A DNA stretch of 64,000 nucleotides from an uncultured Gemmatimonadaceae bacterium (GCA_963781585.1 CAWAGQ010000016.1:21708-85707), one strand, 5' to 3'. Shown: positions 8,866 to 19,623, counted from the first letter of the stretch. Notes: generated by a model not told the origin, from the letters alone. Numbers and translations: made by a program.

Positions 8866-10719
8866 ATGACCACGGCCGCCATTCGCGAGCAGTTGCGCAC
8901 CACGAGGTTCCTCGACGGGCTCACCGACACCGCGATCCACCAGCTGGCGCGCCTTGTTTCCCACGCCCGGTACGAGAGTGATCAACTCCTCTTCGAAGAG
9001 GGCGGCCCACGCCAGTTCGCTGCCATTCTGGTCTCCGGCGCCGTGGCGGTGGAGAAGCGCGTCAACGGACGCCCGGTGCGCCTGGTCACCCTCGGCGCCG
9101 GCGAAGCGGTGGGTGAGGGGCTGCTCCTCGACGCCTCGGCCCACGGCACCAGCGCGCGGACACTGCAGCCAACCGAGGCGTACGTGCTGACCGTGGAACG
9201 GGTGCAGGAAATCGTCAAGGACTTTCCGGTGCTCTACGCGGCGCTCGTGGGGCGCGCGGCACGCGCCATCTCCCGGCGGCTCGCCGCCACCGATGCCACG
9301 ATCGTTGGGCGCGGTCGAGCGCTGGGATTCGGCGGCGCGCGCACCCGCACTGAACACGACCTCATCGGCGACCGGGACGTTCCCGACGACGCGCTGTACG
9401 GCGTCCAGACGCTCCGCGCCCTCGAGAACTTTCCCATCACCGGCGTCGCGCTTCGCGAGTTTCCGGCGCTGATCGACGCGCTGGCCGCGGTGAAGGAGGC
9501 GGCCGCCCTCGCCAACGCGGAACTGGGACTGCTGGACGCTGAGCGCTGCGACGCCATCGTGCGTGCGGCCCGCGAGGTACGCGCCGGGCGCCATCACGAA
9601 CACTTCCTGGTGGACATGATCCAAGGGGGCGCCGGCACGTCCACCAACATGAACGGCAACGAGGTGATCGCCAATCGCGCGCTGGAGCTGTTGGGCGACC
9701 GGCGAGGCAACTACCAGCGCATCCACCCCAACAATCATGTCAATCTCAGCCAGTCCACCAACGACGTCTATCCAACCGCGGTGCGCATCGCGCTGCACGG
9801 AGAGATCGAGCGCCTTCGCGTGCCGATGCGCGAGCTCGCGGAGGCGTTCATACACAAGGGACGCGACTTTTCATCCTTCCTGAAGTTGGGGCGCACCCAG
9901 CTTCAGGATGCGGTGCCCATGACGCTGGGTCAGGAGTTCGCCGCGTTCGGACATACCATTCTCGAAGACGTCGAGCGCCTCGGCGAATCCCTCGCCCTCA
10001 TTCGCGAGATCAACATGGGGGCCACGGCCATCGGAACGGGGATCACCGCTGCGCCGGGCTACACCGAACTCGTGCGCAAGAAGCTGTCGGAGATCTGTGG
10101 CCTGGACCTGGTCACGTCGCCCGATCTGATCGAGGCGACGTCCGATACCGGCGTCTTTGTGCAATTGTCCGGGGTGCTCAAGCGGTGCGCGGTCAAGCTC
10201 TCGAAGATCTGCAATGACATTCGCCTGCTGAGCTCGGGACCGCGCGCCGGATTCGGTGAGATCAACCTTCCCGCTGTGCAACCCGGGTCGTCGATCATGC
10301 CCGGGAAGGTCAACCCCGTCATTCCCGAAGTGGTGAACCAGGTCTGCTTCGACGTGATCGGCGGCGACGTCACGGTGACCCTCGCCGCCGAGGCAGGCCA
10401 GCTCCAGCTCAACGCGTTCGAGCCGGTGATCGCGTACCGCCTCCTTCGCAGTATCGATTCGTTGTGCAATGCGTGTGCTGTACTGCGGACCAGATGCGTG
10501 GAGGGCATCACGCCCAATGCCGACCGGATGCGGCAGACGGTGGAACATTCGATCGGCATCGTGACCGCGCTTGTTCCCGAAATCGGGTACACCAGGGCCA
10601 CGGAGATCGCGCGCGAGGCACTCGAGACCGGTCGAGGCGTGTTCGAGATCGTCCTGAAGAAGAAGATCCTGACCCGTGAGCGGCTGGACGAACTCCTGAA
10701 TCCGTCGTCGATGGTGTAG
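8866..10719 (+). CDS. aspA: Aspartate ammonia-lyase with N-terminal cyclic-nucleotide-binding (CRP-like) domain
   Basis: YGVQTLRALENF, GGAGTSTNMN, QSTNDVYPT, GRTQLQDAVP, SSIMPGKVNPVIPE; first ~140 aa cNMP fold (LFEEG...LVSGAV...GEAVGE). Confidence 0.88.
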   Translation: MTTAAIREQLRTTRFLDGLTDTAIHQLARLVSHARYESDQLLFEEGGPRQFAAILVSGAVAVEKRVNGRPVRLVTLGAGEAVGEGLLLDASAHGTSARTLQPTEAYVLTVERVQEIVKDFPVLYAALVGRAARAISRRLAATDATIVGRGRALGFGGARTRTEHDLIGDRDVPDDALYGVQTLRALENFPITGVALREFPALIDALAAVKEAAALANAELGLLDAERCDAIVRAAREVRAGRHHEHFLVDMIQGGAGTSTNMNGNEVIANRALELLGDRRGNYQRIHPNNHVNLSQSTNDVYPTAVRIALHGEIERLRVPMRELAEAFIHKGRDFSSFLKLGRTQLQDAVPMTLGQEFAAFGHTILEDVERLGESLALIREINMGATAIGTGITAAPGYTELVRKKLSEICGLDLVTSPDLIEATSDTGVFVQLSGVLKRCAVKLSKICNDIRLLSSGPRAGFGEINLPAVQPGSSIMPGKVNPVIPEVVNQVCFDVIGGDVTVTLAAEAGQLQLNAFEPVIAYRLLRSIDSLCNACAVLRTRCVEGITPNADRMRQTVEHSIGIVTALVPEIGYTRATEIAREALETGRGVFEIVLKKKILTRERLDELLNPSSMV

Positions 10720-10862
10720 AGGGAGAAGCTCATCGCTATTGCTCACGGATCGCGGCCATGACGAACAGCTCATGACCAGCGGTCCCGAGCCACGGCCCGC
10801 AGGTTGGCCATGACCTGTCAGCGCCGACCCATGAACTCGATTCCGATCTCGCAAGCGCACAC

Positions 10863-11219
10863 ATGCCTCCCCATCTCGACGGCGCCGGACAAGCCAAGCT
10901 CCACACCCTCGATGACGCGCTCAATCAGCTGCAGCGGGTGAACACGATCGTGGAGCGGATGGCAGTGGCGGCGCGTGCCCAGGAGAACACCGGTATGCAT
11001 CGCCAGCAGATCCACCGTGCGGTGAGTCCGATGGTGACGTTGCTCAAGCCACAGTTCGGCGTGCTCAGCGATCAGCTCGCGCACCTGAATCTGGTGGCCT
11101 CTCGCGGTGGAACCGATAACGCGAAGGTACGCGGCCTGCGCGAGGCCGTGGCGCAGATCCGGGCCCAGATCGAGGTCACCATGGCCAAGGTGCGGGAACA
11201 GCACACCACAACGGAGTGA
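10863..11219 (+). CDS. Hypothetical helical protein
   Basis: 118-aa ORF, amphipathic helical composition, fills the gap between aspA and coxB. Confidence 0.6.
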   Translation: MPPHLDGAGQAKLHTLDDALNQLQRVNTIVERMAVAARAQENTGMHRQQIHRAVSPMVTLLKPQFGVLSDQLAHLNLVASRGGTDNAKVRGLREAVAQIRAQIEVTMAKVREQHTTTE

Positions 11220-11425
11220 GGGGCCGGCCGCAAGGCGGCGTTGCCACGACTCCGGTCCGATCGGTCGCCGTGACGGCCAGAGCGCGGCTAAGTTCTTGCG
11301 CTGTCGACGAAAACTGTTTGCGTGCGAAGCTTGATTAGGCCCTGCAGCACGGGTAGTTTTTCCGCCGTCTCTCGCCCCGCCACGACGGGCGTCCCTGTTC
11401 CGACGACATCCACCCGAACACCCGC

Positions 11426-12703
11426 ATGACACGGAATTCCCGCCCGCGTCAGGTTGTGGTTGCCGCTTGCTGCCTCGTCGTGCTGGCTATACTGGCCGCC
11501 TGCTCGGGCGCATACCCCAATTCCACGTTCAGCCACCACACGGATTTCGCCCGCGCGCTGACCGATCTGTGGTGGCGGTCGCTGATGTTCTGGGGAACGC
11601 TCGTGTTCGTGATCGTCGAGGGGATCCTCATCGTGGCGATCGTGCGGTTTCGACGGCGGCCAGGGTCGCCCGAACCCGAACACGTGCACGGCAATACCGT
11701 GCTCGAGCTCACTTGGACCCTCGCGCCGGCCCTGATTCTGGCGCTGATCGCCGTACCGACCATCCGCACCATCTTCAAGACGCAGGCGCCCGCCCCAGCG
11801 GGCTCGCTCGAGGTGCAGGTGACCGGGCACCAGTGGTGGTGGGAGTTCAGCTATCCTGAGCTTGGCGTGACCACGGCGAACGAGCTGTATCTCCCGACCG
11901 GCCGCAGCGTGGATTTCACTCTGCGGACCAACGATGTCATCCACTCATTCTGGATCCCCCAACTCGGTGGAAAGCGCGACGCGGTCAGCAACCGGACGAA
12001 CCACATGTGGTTCACCACGGACTCCACCGGCATCGCGGCATACAATGGCAGCTGCAACGAATACTGCGGCGCGTCGCACGCAAACATGCGCTTCCGCGTG
12101 TTCACCGTGTCGCCCGAGGACTTCGAACGATGGGTAGCGCATCAAAAAGCGCCGGCGGCGTTCGGCGCCGCGACAACCCAGCCCGTGGCAGCGACACCGG
12201 GATCCGTTCCCGGTGCCGGCGGGAATGTGGCTGGTGCGCCCTCGCCGCAGGTCGCCGCCGCCAGTGAACCGTATGCCTTTCCGCGCGATCAGGTCCCCGA
12301 CTTCGTCATGCCCAGGACGCCGATCCCCGCGGGTCTCACCTTCCCCGACACCCTGCTCGCCGCGGGGGACCCGCAGCGGGGCATGCAGCTCTACAGCCGG
12401 AGTATCTGCATCGGCTGCCACCGCATTCGCGGCAATCCGATGTCGGTGGGTGTTATCGGACCCGACCTCACGCATGTGGCGTCACGGCTGACCATCGCCG
12501 CCGGTATCTACCCCAATGACGCGAAGCACTTGGCCCTCTGGATCAAGAATGCCCGGCGCATGAAGCCGCTGTCGGCGCTGAGCATGCCCACCCTCGGCGT
12601 GGGCGAGACAGATCCGATCACCAGGATGCGGATCACCCGCCAAACCGGCCTCACCGACCAGCAGATCGCCGACGTGGTAGCGTATCTGCGGTCGCTCAAG
12701 TAG
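11426..12703 (+). CDS. coxB: Cytochrome c oxidase subunit II with fused cytochrome c (caa3-type)
   Basis: Lipobox LAAC; GHQWWW; CuA ligands DVIHSFW, CNEYCGASHANM; C-terminal CIGCH heme motif. Confidence 0.95.
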   Translation: MTRNSRPRQVVVAACCLVVLAILAACSGAYPNSTFSHHTDFARALTDLWWRSLMFWGTLVFVIVEGILIVAIVRFRRRPGSPEPEHVHGNTVLELTWTLAPALILALIAVPTIRTIFKTQAPAPAGSLEVQVTGHQWWWEFSYPELGVTTANELYLPTGRSVDFTLRTNDVIHSFWIPQLGGKRDAVSNRTNHMWFTTDSTGIAAYNGSCNEYCGASHANMRFRVFTVSPEDFERWVAHQKAPAAFGAATTQPVAATPGSVPGAGGNVAGAPSPQVAAASEPYAFPRDQVPDFVMPRTPIPAGLTFPDTLLAAGDPQRGMQLYSRSICIGCHRIRGNPMSVGVIGPDLTHVASRLTIAAGIYPNDAKHLALWIKNARRMKPLSALSMPTLGVGETDPITRMRITRQTGLTDQQIADVVAYLRSLK

Positions 12704-12794
12704 GCAGGGCCGAGATGATCGCGTGCCACCCGGGTTTCGTCAGGCGTCCTGAATCTCCGCTTCCTCATTCACCGCTTCGGGTTCCCAGTCTCTG

Positions 12795-14756
12795 ATGGCC
12801 ACCATCGCTGCAGCCCCGACGTACGCCGGCGCGGAGCGCACCGGACGATCCGCGTTCATGGTGTGGCTCACGACCGTCGATCACAAGAAGATCGGTACCC
12901 TGTACCTGCACACCGCGCTGGCGTTCTTCGTGCTCGGCGGCATCGAAGCCGTCATCATGCGCTACCAGCTGATGCGGCCCAACATGCAGGCGGTGTCGGC
13001 GGAGACGTTCAATCAGCTGTTCACGATGCACGGCACGACGATGGTGTTTCTCGTCATCATGCCGCTGTCGGCTGCCTTCTTCAACTTCCTCATTCCCCTG
13101 CAGATCGGGGCGCGTGACGTCGCCTTCCCGCGGCTGAATGCCTTCAGCTACTGGGTGTACCTTCTGGGCGGACTGTTCATCTCGATCCCGATCCTGTTCA
13201 ACGCGGCGCCGGACGGCGGCTGGTTCGCGTACGCTCCGCTCACCACCAAGACGTACTCGGTGGGTCAGAACATGAACTTCTGGGTGCTGGGCATCCAGAT
13301 TCTCGGCATCTCTTCGCTGGCCGCCGCGTTCAACTTCGTCACTACCATCATCAATCTGCGTGCGCCAGGCATGAATCTGATGCGCATGCCGATGTTCACC
13401 TGGATGTCGTTCGTGGTGCAATGGCTGATCATCCTCGCCTTTCCGGTGATCACCATCGCGTTGTTCTTCCTCCAGTTCGATCGCTTCTTCGGAACGAATT
13501 TCTACACGGTCACGGCGGGCGCCGACCCGCTGCTCTGGCAGCACCTGTTCTGGATCTTCGGGCATCCGGAGGTCTACATCCTCGTGCTGCCCGCGTTCGG
13601 CCTGGTCTCCGAGGTCCTGCCGACGCACTCGCGCAAGCCGCTCTTCGGCTATCCGGTGATGGCGTATTCCGGGATTCTCATCGGCTTCCTGGGGTTCGGC
13701 GTGTGGGCGCACCACATGTTCGCGGTCGGGATGGGACCGATTCCGGATGCGGTCTTCGCCCTGACCACCATGCTGATCGCGATTCCCACCGGCGTGAAGA
13801 TCTTCAACTGGATCTTCACCATGTGGGGCGGATCCATCCGCTTCACCACCTCGATGAAGTTCGCCATCGCGCTGATCGCGATGTTCACCATCGGCGGCAT
13901 CTCGGGGATATCGCACGCCTCACCGCCGTCGGACCTCCAGCAAACCGACACGTACTACATCGTCGCCCATTTCCACTATGTGCTCTACGGCGGCGCCATC
14001 ATGGGGATCTTCGCCGGCATTTACCACTACTTCCCGAAGATGTACGGTCGGTTGATGAGCGAGAAGCTCGGCAGCTGGCACTTCTGGCTCAACTTCATCG
14101 CGTTCAATCTCACGTTCTTCCCGATGCACTTCTCGGGCATGCTGGGCATGCCACGCCGCATCTACACGTACGACGCCGGCCAGGGATGGGAAGTGTTCAA
14201 CCTGCTTTCGTCGCTCGGCGCATTCCTCTTCGTGCCGTCGTTCCTGGTCTTCTTCTGGAATTTCTTCCGCTCCAAACGCCACGGTGAAGTCTGCGGCGCC
14301 AACCCCTGGGATGCGGCCACGCTCGAGTGGTCGATTCCCTCGCCACCGCCGGAGTACAACTTCGCCCAGATTCCGATGGTGAAATCGCGCTATCCGCTCT
14401 GGGACCTCACCCATCCGGAACGGATGGTGGAGATTCCCCACTCGGAGACAGGATGGGACGAGGCCCGCCATCGCACCGGTGAGCATGTCACCAGAGGCGG
14501 CGCGCACGAAGCCGACGTGGCGCCCATGCACATCGAAGCGGAGCCGAAATCCGCGGCGGAACTCGGCATTCCGATGCCCACCCCGACCATCCGACCCCTG
14601 TTCGTCGCCGTCGGCATTCTCGTGCTGCTCTCGGGCCTGCCGTTCCTGTACGCGCAGAAGAAGCCGATCGCCTTCACGTGCATCGCGGTGGGCGCGCTCG
14701 TTCTCGTCACCTCACTCTACGACTGGTTGACCACACCGCTGGAGGACGAACACTGA
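12795..14756 (+). CDS. ctaD: Cytochrome c oxidase subunit I (type A1), with C-terminal two-helix extension
   Basis: DHKKIG, MHGTTM, WIFGHPEVY, WAHHMF, AHFHY, GMPRR. Confidence 0.97.
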   Translation: MATIAAAPTYAGAERTGRSAFMVWLTTVDHKKIGTLYLHTALAFFVLGGIEAVIMRYQLMRPNMQAVSAETFNQLFTMHGTTMVFLVIMPLSAAFFNFLIPLQIGARDVAFPRLNAFSYWVYLLGGLFISIPILFNAAPDGGWFAYAPLTTKTYSVGQNMNFWVLGIQILGISSLAAAFNFVTTIINLRAPGMNLMRMPMFTWMSFVVQWLIILAFPVITIALFFLQFDRFFGTNFYTVTAGADPLLWQHLFWIFGHPEVYILVLPAFGLVSEVLPTHSRKPLFGYPVMAYSGILIGFLGFGVWAHHMFAVGMGPIPDAVFALTTMLIAIPTGVKIFNWIFTMWGGSIRFTTSMKFAIALIAMFTIGGISGISHASPPSDLQQTDTYYIVAHFHYVLYGGAIMGIFAGIYHYFPKMYGRLMSEKLGSWHFWLNFIAFNLTFFPMHFSGMLGMPRRIYTYDAGQGWEVFNLLSSLGAFLFVPSFLVFFWNFFRSKRHGEVCGANPWDAATLEWSIPSPPPEYNFAQIPMVKSRYPLWDLTHPERMVEIPHSETGWDEARHRTGEHVTRGGAHEADVAPMHIEAEPKSAAELGIPMPTPTIRPLFVAVGILVLLSGLPFLYAQKKPIAFTCIAVGALVLVTSLYDWLTTPLEDEH

Positions 14757-14850
14757 GGCCACCGGGGCCGCGGGAGACGGCAGTCCTCCGGAGCCCCCAC
14801 CCTGCGCCGCCCAATTCCTCGCCGACACACGCTTCTGGAGACCAACCCTC

Positions 14851-15537
14851 TTGGCTACAGCCGCCGTTCCTGACGCCCACGCGCACCAGCATCACTACAC
14901 CTCCACAGGCCTCGACAGCCGGAAGGTCGCCATTTGGACCTTCATCGGGTCGGAGTGCATGCTGTTCGCTTCGCTCATCTCGACCTACCTGATCTACAAG
15001 GGACGGAGCGTGATCGGGCCGTTCCCGCACCAGGCGTGGACCGACCCGCAGACCGGCCAGGCGTACAAGGCAATCCTGAACATTCCCGTGACGTCGATCT
15101 CCACCTTCGTGCTTCTCATGTCGTCCCTGGCGATGGTACTCGCCCTGGCCGCCGTCGAGAATCGCAACAAGCCACTGCCACCGAATGCAGGCTGGTGGCA
15201 CCGGAAGGTGCTCACGTCCTCGCGCTTCTGGCTGCTCATGACGTGCCTGCTGGGCGCCACCTTCCTTGGCTTCCAGTCCTACGAGTTCACGTCGTTCGTG
15301 CACGAAGGTCTCTCGATCCGGCGCAACCTGTTCGGATCGTCATTCTTCACGCTGACCGGGTTCCACGGCGCACACGTGACCGCGGGCGTGATCTGGCTCG
15401 GCACCCTCCTTGCGATCGATATGAAGCGCGGCCTCCAGCCCAAGGACTCGCTCCTGGTCGACATCGCCGCGCTGTACTGGCACTTCGTCGACGTGGTCTG
15501 GATCGCGATCTTCACGCTCGTCTACCTCATTCGCTAA
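14851..15537 (+). CDS. ctaE: Cytochrome c oxidase subunit III
   Basis: TTG start after GGAG; FIGSE, FFTLTGFHGAHV, YWHFVDVVW. Confidence 0.92.
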   Translation: MATAAVPDAHAHQHHYTSTGLDSRKVAIWTFIGSECMLFASLISTYLIYKGRSVIGPFPHQAWTDPQTGQAYKAILNIPVTSISTFVLLMSSLAMVLALAAVENRNKPLPPNAGWWHRKVLTSSRFWLLMTCLLGATFLGFQSYEFTSFVHEGLSIRRNLFGSSFFTLTGFHGAHVTAGVIWLGTLLAIDMKRGLQPKDSLLVDIAALYWHFVDVVWIAIFTLVYLIR

Positions 15538-15548
15538 TCGGAGCCGGC

Positions 15549-15881
15549 ATGGCACACGACCACGCTGAAGCAATCAGCCCCGATCACGTTCACGAGCATC
15601 CCACCTGGCACCAGTACAAGTGGGTGGCGTTCATCCTCACGGTCATCACGATGCTCGAGGTGTGGGCGTACTACATGCCCATTCTCGTGGCCTCGAAATT
15701 CTTCGTGCCTCTTCTGCTCGTCATGTCGGCTACAAAGTTCGCGATCGTGGTGATGTTCTACATGCACCTCAAGTACGACCACAAGCTGTTCCGGGCGCTG
15801 TTCACGGGCCCCCTCACCATCGCGATGGTAACGTTGATCGGGCTGATGTTCCTGTTCGCCAAGTTCGCGTCGGGCGCGTAG
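15549..15881 (+). CDS. ctaF: Cytochrome c oxidase subunit IV (caa3 CtaF family)
   Basis: GGAG RBS; three TM segments, KFAIVVMFYMHLKYD motif; operon position. Confidence 0.8.
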   Translation: MAHDHAEAISPDHVHEHPTWHQYKWVAFILTVITMLEVWAYYMPILVASKFFVPLLLVMSATKFAIVVMFYMHLKYDHKLFRALFTGPLTIAMVTLIGLMFLFAKFASGA

Positions 15882-15883
15882 GA

Positions 15884-15953
15884 ATCAGCGGACAGGGGTC
15901 AGCTATCAGCGACACGCGATCGCCTTTTTCTGTGGCCTGTGGCCTGTGGCCTG
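15884..15953. repeat. Heptamer repeat tract in a convergent intergenic gap
   Basis: ATCAGC/GTCAGC/TATCAGC units followed by (CTGTGGC)x3 at 15930-15950. Confidence 0.7.
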
Positions 15954-15957
15954 CTTC

Positions 15958-16461
15958 TTACCCGGACCCCAGCCTTCCGTCCTTGAGGGCCGCATCCAGC
16001 CGGGGGATGACCTCCGGATGCTCGTGCACCAGATACCGCCCCATCAGGAACGCCGCGACGATATTCGCCGCGCCGATCTGATACCAGGCGATGCTTCCCA
16101 GCAACGAGCGCTGCAGCAGGACGATGAACCAGTAGAATCCCAGCTCGAACGCAACGAAAAGGATGAGGAAGCCGGCAAGAATCGACGGCTCGCGGTCCGA
16201 CGCCCGGATCAGCGCCGCGGCGATGATACCGAAAACGAAGAACGCCGCGTAGTGGAAAGCCGTGTACAGCATCACATGCTCCAGCGGCCCCTCTCCACGG
16301 TTCGGACCCAAAACGTTCATCAGGGACTCTCCCAGCACCGAGGGAGTGTAGAGCGGGCGCCCACCCACGAGGTCAACGAAGAAAAACCAGACGGCTACCG
16401 ACGTAGCACCCACCACCCCCGCAACGACCCCCTCCCGCAGCACTCTGTTTTTCTCGGTCAT
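15958..16461 (-). CDS. Hypothetical four-TM membrane protein
   Basis: ATG 16461 with GGAGG RBS; hydrophobic helices (REGVVAG...PLYTPSVLG...YTAFHY). Confidence 0.75.
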   Translation of the reverse strand: MTEKNRVLREGVVAGVVGATSVAVWFFFVDLVGGRPLYTPSVLGESLMNVLGPNRGEGPLEHVMLYTAFHYAAFFVFGIIAAALIRASDREPSILAGFLILFVAFELGFYWFIVLLQRSLLGSIAWYQIGAANIVAAFLMGRYLVHEHPEVIPRLDAALKDGRLGSG

Positions 16462-16737
16462 GGCGACCTCCCGGATCGTACAGGAAGGGTGGACCTGTCT
16501 GCACCGGCACGCAAGCCGCGAGGTACAAGCCAATGTGACGACGCTGGCGAACACAGCCGACGCGGCCCTCTTCGCCCGGTGACCAGGTGAGTGTCCGTAC
16601 AGGAATCCCGAGACGCGAGCGTTGTGATTCCCGTCGCATGGCACCGTTGCTGGGTCGCCGCACTTTCGTCCTCGTACAGGCAGGCATACCTTCCGAAGAA
16701 CGATGTGGAACTCCGCTTCTCTGGTGCACATGGGCAA

Positions 16738-18378
16738 ATGCTGGTAAGCGCCGACACGGCGCGTGAGATCCGTGGGCGATGGAAGGGTCGTCGGACTCGC
16801 TCAGCCATCATCGTGCGAAGTTGGGCCGCTGCGGTGTTTTCGATGGCCGCACTTCTCACGATCGGTGCGAAGCGATCCTTTGCGCAGCCCGGCGACCCCG
16901 ATGAGCGCGCCCGCGAGGTCCCCGGAGGGACCTCCACGAGAGCGGTCGCCGCGACTACCGTCAGTGGGCGACTCCGCTTCACCGCCCCGAACGGCGGAGA
17001 TTCCCTGGCTGATGACCTCGCGGCATTCCTCCACGCGAAGGTGCGCAGCGGAGACTGGGGTGCGATGGTGGTCTCGCTGACACGCGGTGATACGCTGTTC
17101 GCGTACGGCGCCGGGAAGAGCCTGCTCCCCGCCTCGACCATGAAGCTCTTCACCAGCGCGCTCGCGCTCGAGCGCCTGGGACCCTCGTACCACTTCTCCA
17201 CCGACATCTATCGGACGGGAAGTCTCGGTGCGGATGGTACGCTCCACGGCGATCTCGTCATTCGAGGTGGCGGAGATCCCGCTCTCTCCAGCCGCTTCAT
17301 TCCCGGCGACCCCAATGCACCGATGCGCGCACTCGCCAGGCAGGTGTTGGCTGCCGGCATTCATCGGCTTGACGGGGACGTGATCGGCGACCCCGGAGCC
17401 TTCGAGACGAAGGACGTCCCGGACGGTTGGCTCACGCGCTATCTGCAGGCCAGCTATGCCTCGCGCGTCTCGGCGCTCTCCCTCAACCAAAACCTGCTCC
17501 ACGTCGTGATCGCGCCGGGGAAGGATGGCGGGCCTGGCGTCGTGACGCTCCAGCCGCGAACCACCGCCTACGCCGTGTTGAACAGCACGTACACGGTGGC
17601 GGGGAGCAGAAGCGCGAAGCTCACCGTGGGTCGCACCAGCACCGGCGCCATCGCGGTCCGTGGGTCCATCGGTGCCCACGCCGAGCCCCATGTCTACGTG
17701 GTGGTGGTCGACGACCCGGCCAACTTCGTCACCGGCGCCTTCGCGTCGGCCCTGACTGACGTAGGCATCGACGTCGCCGGCAGGATTCGCGTGGGCCCGA
17801 CCCCGGCTGACGCCGTGCGACTCACGTCGCTCGAGTCACCCCCGCTGGCCGAACTCACTGACGTCATGAACCGCGAAAGCATCAACCACTTCGCCGAACT
17901 CATCTTCCGGAACGTCGCCCGTCAGGGTGACCCGGAGGGTGTGGGATCGGCTGTCATGGGCAACGCGTTGCTGCGTGACTTTCTGCTGCTTCGCGTCGGC
18001 GCGAGCCCGGATGATGTTTTTGCCGCCGATGGCAGCGGCCTGTCCACGCTGGACCGGGTCACCGCGCGCTCCGAGGTGCAGCTGTTGTCCTACGCGCACC
18101 ATTCGTCGTGGTCCCGGGAATTCCACGAGTCGCTGCCGGTAGCAGGCGCAAGGGCGAAGGACGAGACCCTCCGGCTCCGGATGCGCTCTACGCCGGCGCA
18201 GGGGAATCTGCACGCGAAGACCGGAACCACCAACGACGTCGTCGCCCTGAGCGGATACGTGTCGGCGAAGGATGGGGAGATGCTCGCGTTCTCGTTCCTG
18301 TACAACGGGAAGGATCGCGCCAACGCACGCGCGACCATTGATGCGATGGGCGCGACGTTGGCCAGCTTCTCCAGATAG
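16738..18378 (+). CDS. dacB: D-alanyl-D-alanine carboxypeptidase/endopeptidase PBP4 (peptidase S13); start uncertain
   Basis: PASTMK (SxxK), GGGDP, ESIN (SxN), DGSGLS, AKTGT (KTG). Confidence 0.9.
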   Translation: MLVSADTAREIRGRWKGRRTRSAIIVRSWAAAVFSMAALLTIGAKRSFAQPGDPDERAREVPGGTSTRAVAATTVSGRLRFTAPNGGDSLADDLAAFLHAKVRSGDWGAMVVSLTRGDTLFAYGAGKSLLPASTMKLFTSALALERLGPSYHFSTDIYRTGSLGADGTLHGDLVIRGGGDPALSSRFIPGDPNAPMRALARQVLAAGIHRLDGDVIGDPGAFETKDVPDGWLTRYLQASYASRVSALSLNQNLLHVVIAPGKDGGPGVVTLQPRTTAYAVLNSTYTVAGSRSAKLTVGRTSTGAIAVRGSIGAHAEPHVYVVVVDDPANFVTGAFASALTDVGIDVAGRIRVGPTPADAVRLTSLESPPLAELTDVMNRESINHFAELIFRNVARQGDPEGVGSAVMGNALLRDFLLLRVGASPDDVFAADGSGLSTLDRVTARSEVQLLSYAHHSSWSREFHESLPVAGARAKDETLRLRMRSTPAQGNLHAKTGTTNDVVALSGYVSAKDGEMLAFSFLYNGKDRANARATIDAMGATLASFSR

Positions 18379-18465
18379 TCCGCACGCAGCCGGCTCGAAG
18401 ACCGCCAGGTCCGCTTCCGCACTTCGGTAGGGCCGCTTCGGCGGGTCGTGCACACGCGCGAACGC

Positions 18466-19623
18466 TCAGCGCCGCGTGTCTCCCTCCCCCGGCTCGATTC
18501 TCACCCCGCGCGTCGCGAGTTCTCGCACGTACGCCTCCGCTGGCACCACTTCATCGGGGGTGTGCACTCCGGGCCGAGCAATGACTCCACTGCCCAGCAT
18601 CCACCCCGTGATCGCCAGCGAGAATCCGGTCGTGCGCATCATCGCGCTGATGCCGTGCCCGGCATCGTGATGGTCCACCAGGTGCCGGGCGAACAGGGCC
18701 GGCTTCCCGCCCCTGGTCCCGGTCACCGTCACACGCACGGCCACGAGATCGGGCGCGTCGCTGGTCAGTCGCGGGGTCATGACGGCAACCGCGACCTGCC
18801 GCGGCGCGACGCGCTGCCCGTCGACGACTACCGGTTCCTGCTCGAAGAAGCCGAGGTCGCGAATCGCGCGCATGATCGACGCATGCCCCGGGTAGCGAAG
18901 GGTCTTGTACTCCATGGTAGGTACACGCCCCTCGTACCGGAATGCCATCGTGGACAGGCCGCCCGCCGTGTGAAACGCCTCCAGCGCGCCGAGCGGTTTG
19001 TCAAACTGCACGGTTTCTACCTCGCTCAGTGCGGCGATCTGCGTCCGCTTGCCGTCTCGCAGGATCCAGGACTGTGTGGTGTAGTAGTCCAGCACTCCCT
19101 CGAGGGAGTACACGATCTGATAGCCAAGGGGTGGTTCGGGATGCAGTGGGAGCCCGCCAACGTAGATGCGCACGGCGTCCACGCGATCCATTCCGGCGAT
19201 GCCCTGCTGCGCGAGAATGTTGACCATGCCCGGCGCGAGGCCGCAGTCCGGGATCACACTCACGCCCCGTGACTGCGCGTGCGCGGCGAGTTCCTTCTGC
19301 TCGAAGACGATCCCGGTGTTGCCGCCGAGATCGCAGAACGGGACGCCGGCGTCGATCGCCAGCCGCGTCATCTCGAGATTGAAGTAGTACGGGAGGGCAC
19401 ACGTGACCGCGTCGCTGTCGCGCATGAGCGCGCGCACCGCGTCGTGGTCCCGTACATCCAACGGTGTGGGAAGGAGCCGCGTTCCGCTGAACGGCTTCAG
19501 AAACGCCGGCAGATGGTGCAGCCCCAGACCGGCCAGCCGGACCTCGGAGACGTCGTCTCGCTGAAGAAGGTCGTAGGCGCAGGCGCTGCCCTGCAGGCCC
19601 GCGCCGAGAACCAGCATGCGCAT
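18466..19623 (-). CDS. Saccharopine dehydrogenase / lysine 6-dehydrogenase family protein
   Basis: VLGAGLQG Rossmann motif, DLGG, DCGLAPG, VGGLP, YKTLRYPGH, MMRTTG. Confidence 0.85.
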   Translation of the reverse strand: MRMLVLGAGLQGSACAYDLLQRDDVSEVRLAGLGLHHLPAFLKPFSGTRLLPTPLDVRDHDAVRALMRDSDAVTCALPYYFNLEMTRLAIDAGVPFCDLGGNTGIVFEQKELAAHAQSRGVSVIPDCGLAPGMVNILAQQGIAGMDRVDAVRIYVGGLPLHPEPPLGYQIVYSLEGVLDYYTTQSWILRDGKRTQIAALSEVETVQFDKPLGALEAFHTAGGLSTMAFRYEGRVPTMEYKTLRYPGHASIMRAIRDLGFFEQEPVVVDGQRVAPRQVAVAVMTPRLTSDAPDLVAVRVTVTGTRGGKPALFARHLVDHHDAGHGISAMMRTTGFSLAITGWMLGSGVIARPGVHTPDEVVPAEAYVRELATRGVRIEPGEGDTRR

